From: Chloroflexota bacterium
Lineage (GTDB): Bacteria > Chloroflexota > UBA11872 > VXOZ01
Length of the DNA: 64,000 nt
Assembly: GCA_965221905.1 (NCBI GenBank)
Contig: OZ244922.1
Location: 128,001-192,000, forward strand
Direction of reading: 5' to 3'
Of the stretch, positions 9,490-19,370 are shown one piece after another. Position 1 is the first letter of the stretch; every line of letters begins with the position of its first letter. The translations under genes were made by a program, and so were the position numbers. The notes under the pieces were generated by a model. It was given only the letters and a program-made list of their open reading frames with translations. It did no database searches and was not told where the DNA came from.

Positions 9490-10767
9490 TCACTTGAATC
9501 GGCTAAGACCTGACTGGTCGACCAAAAGGCCAAAGAGCTTTCGTTCTCCACTGCTACCAGGGACGTATTCTTCCGAAGTGAATTTGCCGTCTTCTAGCTC
9601 AATCTTCTCAAATACGTCGCAAAACACCTCACGCAACACAATCTCTCCCCTTCTTTCCTGAGAATTGTACGCTATCCTCATAAAGCGCATTAGTGCTCCA
9701 AATCCCGTCGTGCGATTGAGAATGTTACCTCTAAATACATGGTCCCAGGAATTGGGCCACTTTGCTTGAACTGCCAAGAAATAGTTCCAAAGTATAAGTG
9801 CTATATTGACATCCACTTCATTTATGAACCAATTTCTGAAAATCTGCCAATCAGTGTCCTTGCCGGAAATCCGGCTTAACTTTCTTCCGCGTCGCAGAGT
9901 ATCACGATCGCCCATCGGATCTCTCGAAATGTACCTCAGCAAACGATCCACAAAAGTAGCCTGAGTTATAGTCTCTTGATCCTTTCCACTGCCCGTGCCC
10001 AGCATCTTCACTTTGGAGAAAAACGGACTTCCTCGCCTGTAGTTCAAGAATCGCACTATGTCGTGAGCCGTTCGCTGAGGACTACGGGTCTTAGTGAATT
10101 CGTACAAGTCATATGCCAAGGACTTGTTGACCTTGGTCTGTTTCAGATTGATCGTAGCAAACACCATAGCTTGATCCTGCAAATCCATATCAATAAACAC
10201 CGACACATTCACATCAAACTGGGGGCCTTCATACCCCTTCAGACCAGCAATGCGATGCTGTCCATCGATAATCTTTGCAGCCTTGCAATGACGGTCAATC
10301 GATATCGTAGAAGTCTCCTCATCATAGGAGGCTTGGTTGGACGACACTGCGATCAAGACCGAAGTGGGGAACGCGGCATCCTGGGTTCCAACATATTGTC
10401 GGATCTCCTTAACTCTTCTTTGGCTCAGCTCTCTTTGTATTCCCAAGAATTCTTCAAAGTCTTGTTCATCAGCATTGAGGAATGCCTTGTCCATTTCTTC
10501 GATCACTGAGTCGTCAACTTGGGAGGAGTCAATACTCGGCAGCAGGGGGACTTCTCCTTGGGGAGAAGCGGAATCTCCGATATCGCCTGCAATCCTACGA
10601 ATGTCTGCCCAAGCAATGTCTACAAGATCAGATGCACACATGGTGCCAATGTAGAAAGTCCCTATCGGTTGGGTTACTGGCAAACACGGGAACTTGACTT
10701 TCGAATGGTCCTCAGTCATTGTAGGGCCTCTAGAATTCTCAACTAGTGATTTTAGGTCTGAGAGCAT
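9490..10767 (-). CDS. DGQHR-domain (DndB/ParB-like) protein
   Basis: GIQRELSQRRVKEI, FPTSVLI, IIDGQHR and FATINLKQTKV. Confidence 0.9.
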   Translation of the reverse strand: MLSDLKSLVENSRGPTMTEDHSKVKFPCLPVTQPIGTFYIGTMCASDLVDIAWADIRRIAGDIGDSASPQGEVPLLPSIDSSQVDDSVIEEMDKAFLNADEQDFEEFLGIQRELSQRRVKEIRQYVGTQDAAFPTSVLIAVSSNQASYDEETSTISIDRHCKAAKIIDGQHRIAGLKGYEGPQFDVNVSVFIDMDLQDQAMVFATINLKQTKVNKSLAYDLYEFTKTRSPQRTAHDIVRFLNYRRGSPFFSKVKMLGTGSGKDQETITQATFVDRLLRYISRDPMGDRDTLRRGRKLSRISGKDTDWQIFRNWFINEVDVNIALILWNYFLAVQAKWPNSWDHVFRGNILNRTTGFGALMRFMRIAYNSQERRGEIVLREVFCDVFEKIELEDGKFTSEEYVPGSSGERKLFGLLVDQSGLSRFK

Positions 10768-10773
10768 GTCTGG

Positions 10774-11334
10774 CTATGTAGGGTCGTCTTCCAGTGACCG
10801 CTGCTCGCGATTGAACTCCTCTTCGAGCTTTCCTTGTCGGTTAGACCGTTCTTCCGCAACATTGAGTTCGTTGTATGCATTCTCGTGAACGTCCACGAAG
10901 AATGTCGCCGTCAGCGCGACAAGATAGATTGTGATGCTTAAAGTACGAAGAAAGGGAACGTTAATGTGTAAGTCACCTATTCTCAATGAATCTACCACTG
11001 TCAGCCCGCTAAAAATTCCTGCAGCCACTATCAAACAGATTAGTATCAGCCACAGGTATAGTATCTTCTCTTGCCCCGATTCCCTTTTAAACAATGGATA
11101 CAGGATTGGCGATAGCGCCGCAGCAGCGTAGATAGCAAATTGGCCATTGTCGAGAAAGGTACCAAAAGCGATTGGCTGGCTGATCAAGAGTAGCAGCAAG
11201 ACACTAAGCCAGACAGGCATTAGAGCTCCCATGGCGTAAAAGCCAATCGATAGCAGGGCATGCAGATAGTGCTCTTTCCGAGCCTGAGTGAGGATGATCT
11301 TGAGCATCTTCAGGCTTTCTCCTGTGTAGGCCAT
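10774..11334 (-). CDS. Hypothetical membrane protein (about 4 TM, charged C-tail)
   Basis: Four hydrophobic segments. Tightly coupled to both neighbours. Confidence 0.7.
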   Translation of the reverse strand: MAYTGESLKMLKIILTQARKEHYLHALLSIGFYAMGALMPVWLSVLLLLLISQPIAFGTFLDNGQFAIYAAAALSPILYPLFKRESGQEKILYLWLILICLIVAAGIFSGLTVVDSLRIGDLHINVPFLRTLSITIYLVALTATFFVDVHENAYNELNVAEERSNRQGKLEEEFNREQRSLEDDPT

Positions 11335-12461
11335 TTGAGAATGTATAGGTACTCATGGGCCAATAGGAATCCATCGGAGGACCAAAAATAGAACTCGCTT
11401 GATCGATCACGGTGTTGAGTCTTGACTACTATGTCTTCAAGTTGAAATCCGGCCTTTGTGAAGGCGTCAAGGGTCCTAGCGCCTAGTGGAATGATCTGCC
11501 CATTTCGCCTCACGTCACCGATCAATACTGCGCAAACGTTATTGGAGGCCAAGTAAGGAGTAGCGCCTTCAGCAAAGGTGGTGATACGTTCAAGGAAATC
11601 CCCAGGTTCTTTAATCTGCGACAAGTCTTCAGGAAGCCCGTTGGTGTAGGTCAATGCATCAAGATATGGAGGATGTACGCACAGCAAGTTGACAGTGCCG
11701 GGTCGAATGTCATTGTAAGTAGCGCTGTCTTTTGCAAAGGTGGAATCTCCAAAAATGAGCTGAGGCCTATAGTGTGATTCAATCCTTGCACGGCTGTCCT
11801 GCTTAGATAATAATTCCATGCGCTCCAAGCGGGCGGAGGCGGTTTGGTGAGCTAGCTTGCTAACGTCGATGCCAACGCTGTGTCTGTTCAAGAGCCATGC
11901 CTCGATAAGAGTCGTTCCACCACCCATGAAGGCGTCCAAGACTAATTCTCCAGGCTTCGTGTACTTCAGTATGATGTTCCTTACCAATTGTGGTGGCCAG
12001 TTGCCTCGGTAGTCTCCAATGTGCACAGCCCAGCTTCCACGATTAGGAAAATCCCATAAAGTGGTTGTCTCTAACTTGAAATCAGGAGGTTCCCAAGTTC
12101 TGACGGACAAAATGGGCGGAGGGGCATACTTGTTGTCTCCTCGCTCTACTGAGGACCTGATTGCACGATCGATGACAGTCCATGAAAACAACAACTGGCC
12201 ATTCCCGGATTGAAACAGTTGCATGATCTTCTTTAGCGAAAGGCCATGGCGACGGAAATCAATAAAGAGCCCAACCCAGGTTGTCCACTCTTCGATATGG
12301 CTCTTTTTCATGTGGGGAACAATAGATCTCTTGAGGTGCTCTCCACAGAAACAGACAACGACTCGTTTACTTCCTACTTTTATAACACGGACCGAGTCAA
12401 GGAGTTTTGGACGGAGGCTGTTAGGGTCGAAGGAACAATCGGTATGATCCGGCTTAACCAT
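11310..12461 (-). CDS. N4/N6-type SAM-dependent (DNA) methyltransferase with N-terminal extension
   Basis: YRGNWPPQ, VLDAFMGGGTT (motif I), HPPY (motif IV) and HEYLYI. Confidence 0.85.
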   Translation of the reverse strand: MVKPDHTDCSFDPNSLRPKLLDSVRVIKVGSKRVVVCFCGEHLKRSIVPHMKKSHIEEWTTWVGLFIDFRRHGLSLKKIMQLFQSGNGQLLFSWTVIDRAIRSSVERGDNKYAPPPILSVRTWEPPDFKLETTTLWDFPNRGSWAVHIGDYRGNWPPQLVRNIILKYTKPGELVLDAFMGGGTTLIEAWLLNRHSVGIDVSKLAHQTASARLERMELLSKQDSRARIESHYRPQLIFGDSTFAKDSATYNDIRPGTVNLLCVHPPYLDALTYTNGLPEDLSQIKEPGDFLERITTFAEGATPYLASNNVCAVLIGDVRRNGQIIPLGARTLDAFTKAGFQLEDIVVKTQHRDRSSEFYFWSSDGFLLAHEYLYILKWPTQEKA

Positions 12462-12884
12462 GAGACACTCCTTGCAGCCTCGTGTATCTCTGTCTGTGCC
12501 AAGTGAGTACTTGCAGTAATATAGCCCAACAAGGCGGTGTCTACAAGCTGTGAGCTAGTCCCAGACCTTCATTGATTAGTCCCCTATAAGACGGCGGCCT
12601 GAGAGGATTATGCAGACGGCCTAGAGAATCCGTTTCCGGTACCACTTGCCCCAATGGAATGGCGAAGGACTGGGGAAAGCTTGGCCCACCGGCGATATGT
12701 TTTAGCCCTTTAATGGGAGCCGACACATGCGCTCCCTTACAGAGTACCCTCCAGCGTTCGAGGAACAGAACAGTACGCATAGCCCCCTTAAGGCCAGCGT
12801 AAAGCGCAGCCGCAAGCCTGGGGGCAAAGCGCATGGCGTCGGCAACGTCACTTGCAACTGCTGAGATAGTATAGAGCGCGTCGC

Positions 12885-13277
12885 CTAATCCAGCGCTGCT
12901 ACCGCGTCGATTTCTACCAGCCAGTCTGTAGACGCCAGGGAGCCGATCTGGACCATGGTGGCGGCCGGGAAGGGTGCTTCCAGGATTTCGTTGCGCACCA
13001 TGGTGATGGTCTCGCGGAAGCGAATATCGGTGACGTACATATTCATGAAGACGACGTTATTGAACGTCGCGCCGGCGGCCTCCAAGAGGGCCTGGATGTT
13101 GTCAAAGACCTGGCGCACCTGCGCTTCGATATCGCCCGCGCCGACAATACTGCCGTCGCCGGCCGTCGGCCCTTGACCGGCAATGTAAAGCATCTCGTTG
13201 GCTTGCACGCGCAGGGCCATCGAGTATGGCGCGGAAGGCTGCGACATGCCTGCGCCAAGTAGGGGTTCTTTTTTCAT
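12885..13277 (-). CDS. RidA/YjgF family protein
   Basis: PYS, YIAGQ, PAATMVQI and VEIDAVA. Confidence 0.9.
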   Translation of the reverse strand: MKKEPLLGAGMSQPSAPYSMALRVQANEMLYIAGQGPTAGDGSIVGAGDIEAQVRQVFDNIQALLEAAGATFNNVVFMNMYVTDIRFRETITMVRNEILEAPFPAATMVQIGSLASTDWLVEIDAVAALD

Positions 13278-13671
13278 TGTGGGAGTTCCCTTCTCTTGTG
13301 GAATTGCGATCACATTTCATACAACGGGCATTATAGCCGCTGAATAGGCAATCTCCAAGACGATTGAGGCCTCCCCGTGCCTGGATGGTGGGATTCGTGA
13401 GGGTTGAGATTGGCGCAAGCGTTAGCGATGATGTTCCTGTCACGTGCGATGCTGCCGCGATACACTCCGCAATGCAGTGCCCCGCCTGTACATGCTGCCC
13501 AGGGTCTTCACGTTGCTCTATGCTCGTATGGCATATAGGCAATAAGGGTGTGGATGCGCCATCGCGGGAGGTGGTGTGGTACATTTGTGGCTAATGAAGG
13601 ATGATGCCTCAATTGGAGTGACCCGCCAATTGAGGCATTTGTGGACGAAGGATGGGTAAGGAGTTGCTGCT

Positions 13672-14490
13672 ATGGCAGAATCGACCGCCACCGAGCCAGT
13701 CTTGAGCGATGCACAAATGGCGTCCTACCATGAAAACGGCTACCTGGTGCTCCCAAACGTGCTGTCGGCGCAGGAACTCGCGGCGCTGCGGGCAGCCGCC
13801 GACGCGCTGAACGAGGAGCGACTTCGTCGCGGCGGCGCGGAGCGCACCGTTGCCATACACGACGTAATCTTCTTGCAGGAAGCATTCATGGAAGCCGCCC
13901 ACCACCCGGCGCTCGTGGGAGCTGCCGTGCAGCTTATCGGCGAGAACTTGCATCTGCTCCAGGCGCGGGTTCACTGGAAGCCCATCGCGAAAGGCGAAGG
14001 CGCCGTGGACTGGCATCAGGACTACCCTTTTCTGCCGCTGACCAATTACGACCTGCTGGCCGTGACCTTCCTGCTCGACGATACGACGGTGCAGAACGGT
14101 GCGTTGCAGGCTATCCCCGGCAGCCATGTGCGCGGCCCGCTGAATCACCACGACGCAGGCGGTACTTTTGTGGGGCGCTGCACGACAGCCGGCGATTACG
14201 CCCCGGACGTTGCCAACGGCAACCTATACGATTTGGTAGGCCCTGCAGGCAGCATGACAATCCACCACGGAAACCTGCTGCATTACACACACCCGAATAA
14301 CGGCGACACCCCGCGCCGGGCGTTGGTCTACCAAATTGCGGCAGGCGATGCGAGGCTGCTCGGCGGCAACTTCTACAAAGTCTGGCCGGTCTATCTTCAC
14401 GGAAGCGACCCTTTGGTAGCGCGCTTTTTGGACGGTTCGACGCAGCGCTTGCCCCTGTCCTTTTGCAACCTGGGAGGGTTGGACCGGTGA
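13672..14490 (+). CDS. Phytanoyl-CoA dioxygenase family 2OG-Fe(II) oxygenase
   Basis: YHENGYLV, WHQD, IPGSH and GSMTIHH..LLH. Confidence 0.9.
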   Translation: MAESTATEPVLSDAQMASYHENGYLVLPNVLSAQELAALRAAADALNEERLRRGGAERTVAIHDVIFLQEAFMEAAHHPALVGAAVQLIGENLHLLQARVHWKPIAKGEGAVDWHQDYPFLPLTNYDLLAVTFLLDDTTVQNGALQAIPGSHVRGPLNHHDAGGTFVGRCTTAGDYAPDVANGNLYDLVGPAGSMTIHHGNLLHYTHPNNGDTPRRALVYQIAAGDARLLGGNFYKVWPVYLHGSDPLVARFLDGSTQRLPLSFCNLGGLDR

Positions 14491-14494
14491 GACG

Positions 14495-14524
14495 TTGACT
14501 TTAACGGAAACTGGACTCTATGAT
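14495..14524 (+). promoter_or_regulatory. sigma70-like promoter of merR gene
   Basis: TTGACT-18 nt-TATGAT, 56 nt upstream of ATG. Confidence 0.45.
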
Positions 14525-14579
14525 AAAAGTGCGAACAGATTTGGTGGGCACGTTCTGGGGGAACTGCTAAGGAATAAAC

Positions 14580-15047
14580 ATGTCTGGCGAACGCTATCTT
14601 CAGATCGGCGAGGTAGCAGAGCAACTCGGACTTACACCACGCACGCTCCGCTATTACGAAGAGATCGGCTTGCTCGCGCCGCCTTCCCGCATGGAGGGGG
14701 GCTTTCGGCTCTACTCTGCAGCGGATATCGTCCGCCTGGAAAATATCGTGCAACTCAAGCGGCTGCTGGGATTCTCGCTGGCCGAGATCAAGCAAGTGGT
14801 GGAGGCGATGGAGTCGCTCAAGCTCCTGAGACAGGAGAGCAAGCTAGCATCCGATCTGGAAACAAAGCGCGACACGCTGCAGAAGGCGCTGGTTATTCTG
14901 GAGCAACAGGTAGACGTGTTGGATGGCCGCTTGCGCCAGGTGGCTGAGATGCGCGACAGATTCAATGAGCGCTCACTGCGCGTGCGGGAACGGCTGGAGC
15001 AAATCGAAGCCGAACTCCAAGTAGTGTTAGTGAACACCTCTTCCTAG
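14580..15047 (+). CDS. MerR-family transcriptional regulator
   Basis: QIGEVAEQLGLTPRTLRYYEEIGLL followed by coiled coil. Confidence 0.92.
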   Translation: MSGERYLQIGEVAEQLGLTPRTLRYYEEIGLLAPPSRMEGGFRLYSAADIVRLENIVQLKRLLGFSLAEIKQVVEAMESLKLLRQESKLASDLETKRDTLQKALVILEQQVDVLDGRLRQVAEMRDRFNERSLRVRERLEQIEAELQVVLVNTSS

Positions 15048-15192
15048 CATTAAGAATCTGATTAGGCAGCTACGCTAGGGCTTTCAAGCGAAGAATGCGC
15101 CGGGGGTGCCGTCATTCCTGTAAGTGTTGACTAATTCGTTGACAGTTTCATCAGTCCAATTGAAACCATGAGAAGTAGAAGACGTTCAACTC

Positions 15193-15262
15193 CGTCATTC
15201 CGGCGCAAGCCGGAATCCATCTTCGCCGCACCCTCTGGACTCCGGCTTTCGCCGGAGTGACG
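15193..15262. repeat. Paired palindromic repeat (GTCATTCCGGCG..CCGGAATCCA family)
   Basis: Inverted pair. Related copies at about 15409-15435 and 58224-58332. Confidence 0.75.
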
Positions 15263-15746
15263 ATTCTCGTGCCGCCTGCGATATTAGTCTTTGATGCATG
15301 AGCTGTCATTGCTCGTGATGCAGCAACCCAATGTGTTTGCAGCCGATACGAGGACACTATCTCTTTTTGTTTCATGTTCCCATTTGTCAACGAAATACCT
15401 AACACTTACATTTTCCGGCGGAAGCCGGAATCCAGGTCTCCCGCGATACGATGTCCTCACCAGAGTATTGGCCCTGAGTTTGCCAAGAGCACGCCGTTAT
15501 GGGGCCGTATGCGATGCTGTGATAGCGTGTCGTTCGCACCATCCTACTTCTCTTGGCGTACCGTGATCCCTCACCAACTCTCCGGTCGGTGCGATCGCCT
15601 TGCGTTGGCATGTGTACTCCCCGACTATTGTTTCGGTACTGTGTAAGCGCGGCCCTTACAAGGGGCCGTACCGTCATGCGGGGATTGACTGAGTGAGAGT
15701 ACATGAAATCAAATCGGTTGCACACTGCCCATGAAGGGAACAGCGC

Positions 15747-16790
15747 ATGGCAATTCAAGACCAGACGACGATTGCAGTAAAGACCTTTCAACAGGCCCTT
15801 GATGCCCTGCCGCGAGCGCAATTGGCAAATCTCCCCACGCCGCTGGACTATTGTCCGCGCCTCACGGCGCATTTGGGCGGCTCCGACGTCTATATCAAAC
15901 GCGATGACCTTACCGGGCTGGCGCTCGGCGGCAACAAGACCCGCAACCTGGAGTTTCTCTTTGGGGAAGCCATTGCGCAGGGAGCGGACTGCATCATTAC
16001 CGGCGCCTATCCGCAATCGAACCAATGCCGGCAGACGGCGGCGGCTGCGGCGAAACTGGGGCTGGAATGCTATCTGGTGTTGGGTGCGTTGCGCCACCGG
16101 GCGGACGTGCAGGGCAACCTGCTCCTCGACCACCTTTTTGGCGCGCACGTGGAAGTGGCGGCGGACGCTGACGACATGGGCGTGCAGACCATCATCGACG
16201 AGCGCGTGGAGTCGCTCGAAGCCCAGGGTAGACGGCCTTACCGCTTCACGAATAAGTACCCCGAACTGGCCGTAAAGTCAGTGGCGGGCTACCTGAGCGG
16301 CATGCTGGAGTTGCACGGGCAATTGGAGCGCCTGCCTGAACAGCCGACAACCATCGTCGTGACCTCCGGCTCCGGCTCTACGCACACCGGCATTGCGGCC
16401 ACGGTGAAGGCGCTGGGCCTGCCGTACCACGTCATCGGAATCTCCATCCGACCGCAGAATCCGCCGCAACGCGAACGCATTGCCGCCCTCTCCCAAAGCG
16501 CCGCGCAATACTATGGTATCCCCTGCGCCTTGACTCCGGCTGAAGTTGACGTGCGTGAGGAGTACTTCGGCGCCGGACATGGCGTAACCACCGCTGCGGG
16601 TAGGGAAGCCGTGCGCACTGTGGCGCGCACGGAAGGCATCCTGCTCGACCTTACGTACACGGGCAAGTCAATGTCCGGTCTCATAGACCTGGTGCGCAAC
16701 GGCACGCTCAGCCGCGACGAACGCGTAGTATTCGTGCACACCGGCGGCATCCCGTCGCTCTTCGCCCACGCGGGCGAGGTGCTGGCGTAG
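15747..16790 (+). CDS. D-cysteine desulfhydrase / ACC deaminase family PLP enzyme
   Basis: IKRDDLTGLALGGNKTR, QSN, EGILLD.YTGK and HTGG. Confidence 0.9.
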   Translation: MAIQDQTTIAVKTFQQALDALPRAQLANLPTPLDYCPRLTAHLGGSDVYIKRDDLTGLALGGNKTRNLEFLFGEAIAQGADCIITGAYPQSNQCRQTAAAAAKLGLECYLVLGALRHRADVQGNLLLDHLFGAHVEVAADADDMGVQTIIDERVESLEAQGRRPYRFTNKYPELAVKSVAGYLSGMLELHGQLERLPEQPTTIVVTSGSGSTHTGIAATVKALGLPYHVIGISIRPQNPPQRERIAALSQSAAQYYGIPCALTPAEVDVREEYFGAGHGVTTAAGREAVRTVARTEGILLDLTYTGKSMSGLIDLVRNGTLSRDERVVFVHTGGIPSLFAHAGEVLA

Positions 16791-16849
16791 CTATAGAGAG
16801 TACGCTGGGGAGGACGCTCTCTGTTGCGCGCACACCTAGCTCACCAAGA

Positions 16850-19042
16850 GTGCAGGAGGAGATTCCCATGAGCAACCGCGTAGACGTCGAAATCTTGCGT
16901 TCCCTGAAGGGGCTGAGTATATACTCGCCGGTCGCCCTTTCCCCGGATGGCACCTTGGCCGCCTACGGTATCAGGGAGATGCATCGCGAAACACCGCAGA
17001 CTCCCTCAGGGATGCTCGCAATGGGAGCATTAACCGGCGTGCTAGGCGTCGAACTCTGGATTGCAGACCTTGCCGACGGTACGGCAAGAGCCCTTACCCC
17101 TGGCTGGGGGAGTAGCTGGGGGCCGCGCTGGTCTCCCGACGGGCAATGGCTGGCGTTCTACTCTGATCGCAATGGCGTGGCACACGTTTGGCTCTGGAAC
17201 CGCTGGACCGAAGAAACCCGCGCGGCGTGCGAGGATCCTGTGTGCATGGCGGCTGAGTTCGAACAACTGCACTGGCTTTCGGACAGCACGCATCTGGTAG
17301 CAAAGATGCGCGCGCCCGGTTGGGACCCGCCCCAAGAGAGTGAAGTGGAAGAAGCGGTGAGCGGCCGGGAAATCTGGGAATCTCCCGTGCTTGGGGCATC
17401 GGATCGAACCGAGGAAGAAGGTTGGCGCTGGTTCGATAGTGCACGGGGCGACATCGGCGTAATCAACATTGACACCGGCACAGCACGACGCCTGGGAACG
17501 GAGATATTTCCTTGTGGCTTCGCGCCATCGCCCGATGGGCGCCATGTCGCTGCGACGTGCGTGGCAGAGTTAGACCACTTTGACTTGCATGTATTCGCAG
17601 TTGACGGCTCTCACAGCGAGGTACTTGTGGAGGGCATTCCCTCAAATTGGGGGGCGTTTGCGTGGTCGCCGGCGGGAGAGGCGATTGCCTACACGACCTA
17701 TGGCGATGAACCGGGGCAGCTTATCGTCGTGTCGCTGGATGGCGACCAACGCGTGCTCCACGACGGCAGCGAGGTCGACTTTGCCAACGAGGAGCCGTAT
17801 CCGCCACCACTTTGGTCTCCGGACGGAGAGAAGGTCTACTGCTGGGCCAACCGGTCAATCTACGCAGTGTCCCTCTCCACCGGCGCTATGGAAATCATCA
17901 CCCGCGAACTGGAACACCATACCGTGTGGGGGTTCATTAACACGCTGGGCAACAATACCGTGAATGACGGCGGACGCCCCGGCGACGTTCTCGTGTTAGC
18001 GCAACACCGCCAGAGCAAGCGACAGGGCATCTACAGAGTCGGTAACGGTCCGCCGGAAGTAGTGCTGCCAGAACAACAGCGCCACCTAATTAATCTGATG
18101 CTCTATGGTGACAGCAACGGGAATCACATTGTAGGCCCGATTGAATCCGCCTCGCATCCCGCCGATCTCTTTCGCATTGCAGTTGCAACCGGTGAGGAAG
18201 AGCGGATTACGCGGCTCAACCCATCACTTGAAGGTGTGTCTTGGGGTACCGCTCGGCTGCTCGACCATGCAGGCGCGGACGGTGAAGCATTGCAGGGTGC
18301 GGTGTTGCTCCCTGCCGGGTATCAAGAGGGCGTGCGCTATCCGACGATAGTCAATGTGGGCCTTGGCACGGGGGGCTCCGGTTTCGTCAATTACTTTGAG
18401 TGGGATAGCCTCAGCTTCATCGAGCTGCACGCCTTAACGACCCGTGGCTATGTGGTGATTGTACCGTCAAACCCACGTCGTGGGCCGGACGTGGCCGATG
18501 AAGTAACCGCTCAGGTGCTGAATGCCCTTGATGCGTCGGTCGCGGCAGGGTACTCCGATCCGGAGCGGGCAGGTGTGATGGGGCATAGTCGCGGCGGTTA
18601 CAGCGCCTGCTGTGTGGTAACGCGCACTGATCGCTTCCGCGCGGCTGTCGCCGGCGCCCCTATCACGAATTTTGTCAGTTTTGGCTTGTCCGTTTCCGGG
18701 AATGAGATGTCGGCTTGGGAGAAGACGACCGGGTATGTCTTCCACCTGCGCAATACCTTGTGGGAAGCACGGGAACAGTGGCTGGAGAACTCACCAGTAC
18801 TCTTCTGCGATCGTGTTACCACTCCAATGCTCCTCATATGCGGTACCGCCGACGAAGACTGCATGGCGCAGGCTGAAGAGATGTATGGCGGCCTGCGTCA
18901 GCTTGGCAAGAAGGCAACCCTCGTGCGGTACCATGGCGAAGGTCATGCGGTTGGTTGGTGGTCGACAGAGAATGCGCAAGATTGCTGGGACCGCATCATC
19001 GGCTGGTTCGATCGCTACGTAAAGGGTGATGCGGCGGAGTAG
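16850..19042 (+). CDS. S9 prolyl oligopeptidase family serine peptidase
   Basis: WSPDG propeller repeats, GHSRGG nucleophile elbow, D (TADED) and H (GEGH). Confidence 0.9.
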   Translation: MQEEIPMSNRVDVEILRSLKGLSIYSPVALSPDGTLAAYGIREMHRETPQTPSGMLAMGALTGVLGVELWIADLADGTARALTPGWGSSWGPRWSPDGQWLAFYSDRNGVAHVWLWNRWTEETRAACEDPVCMAAEFEQLHWLSDSTHLVAKMRAPGWDPPQESEVEEAVSGREIWESPVLGASDRTEEEGWRWFDSARGDIGVINIDTGTARRLGTEIFPCGFAPSPDGRHVAATCVAELDHFDLHVFAVDGSHSEVLVEGIPSNWGAFAWSPAGEAIAYTTYGDEPGQLIVVSLDGDQRVLHDGSEVDFANEEPYPPPLWSPDGEKVYCWANRSIYAVSLSTGAMEIITRELEHHTVWGFINTLGNNTVNDGGRPGDVLVLAQHRQSKRQGIYRVGNGPPEVVLPEQQRHLINLMLYGDSNGNHIVGPIESASHPADLFRIAVATGEEERITRLNPSLEGVSWGTARLLDHAGADGEALQGAVLLPAGYQEGVRYPTIVNVGLGTGGSGFVNYFEWDSLSFIELHALTTRGYVVIVPSNPRRGPDVADEVTAQVLNALDASVAAGYSDPERAGVMGHSRGGYSACCVVTRTDRFRAAVAGAPITNFVSFGLSVSGNEMSAWEKTTGYVFHLRNTLWEAREQWLENSPVLFCDRVTTPMLLICGTADEDCMAQAEEMYGGLRQLGKKATLVRYHGEGHAVGWWSTENAQDCWDRIIGWFDRYVKGDAAE

Positions 19043-19370
19043 TCCAATATTCTTGTATTGATCAAGAGGAGCTCGGGTAGCGCAGGTTCGCAACCTGCGG
19101 CCATAGTAGGATCCTGCGCTTTCGCTCCGTGTTGTTGGGCAATTCGCCTCAATCGGAGTGACTCCGCAAGAGAAAGCTGTTCGACGAGGAGATGACAGCG
19201 GGCTGGGACTCTTCAGAAGGAAGAAGCGGCCAAAGCTCCCCTAAGTTCCGCACAGTGATAGTATACGGACAGTGCCGTGGCGCGACCGGCAAAGGTATCC
19301 AATCGGGCTGAACACTTAAGCAACCTTCACTCTAGGCCAACAAACACCTGAACATGAGGGATGAGAGCGC

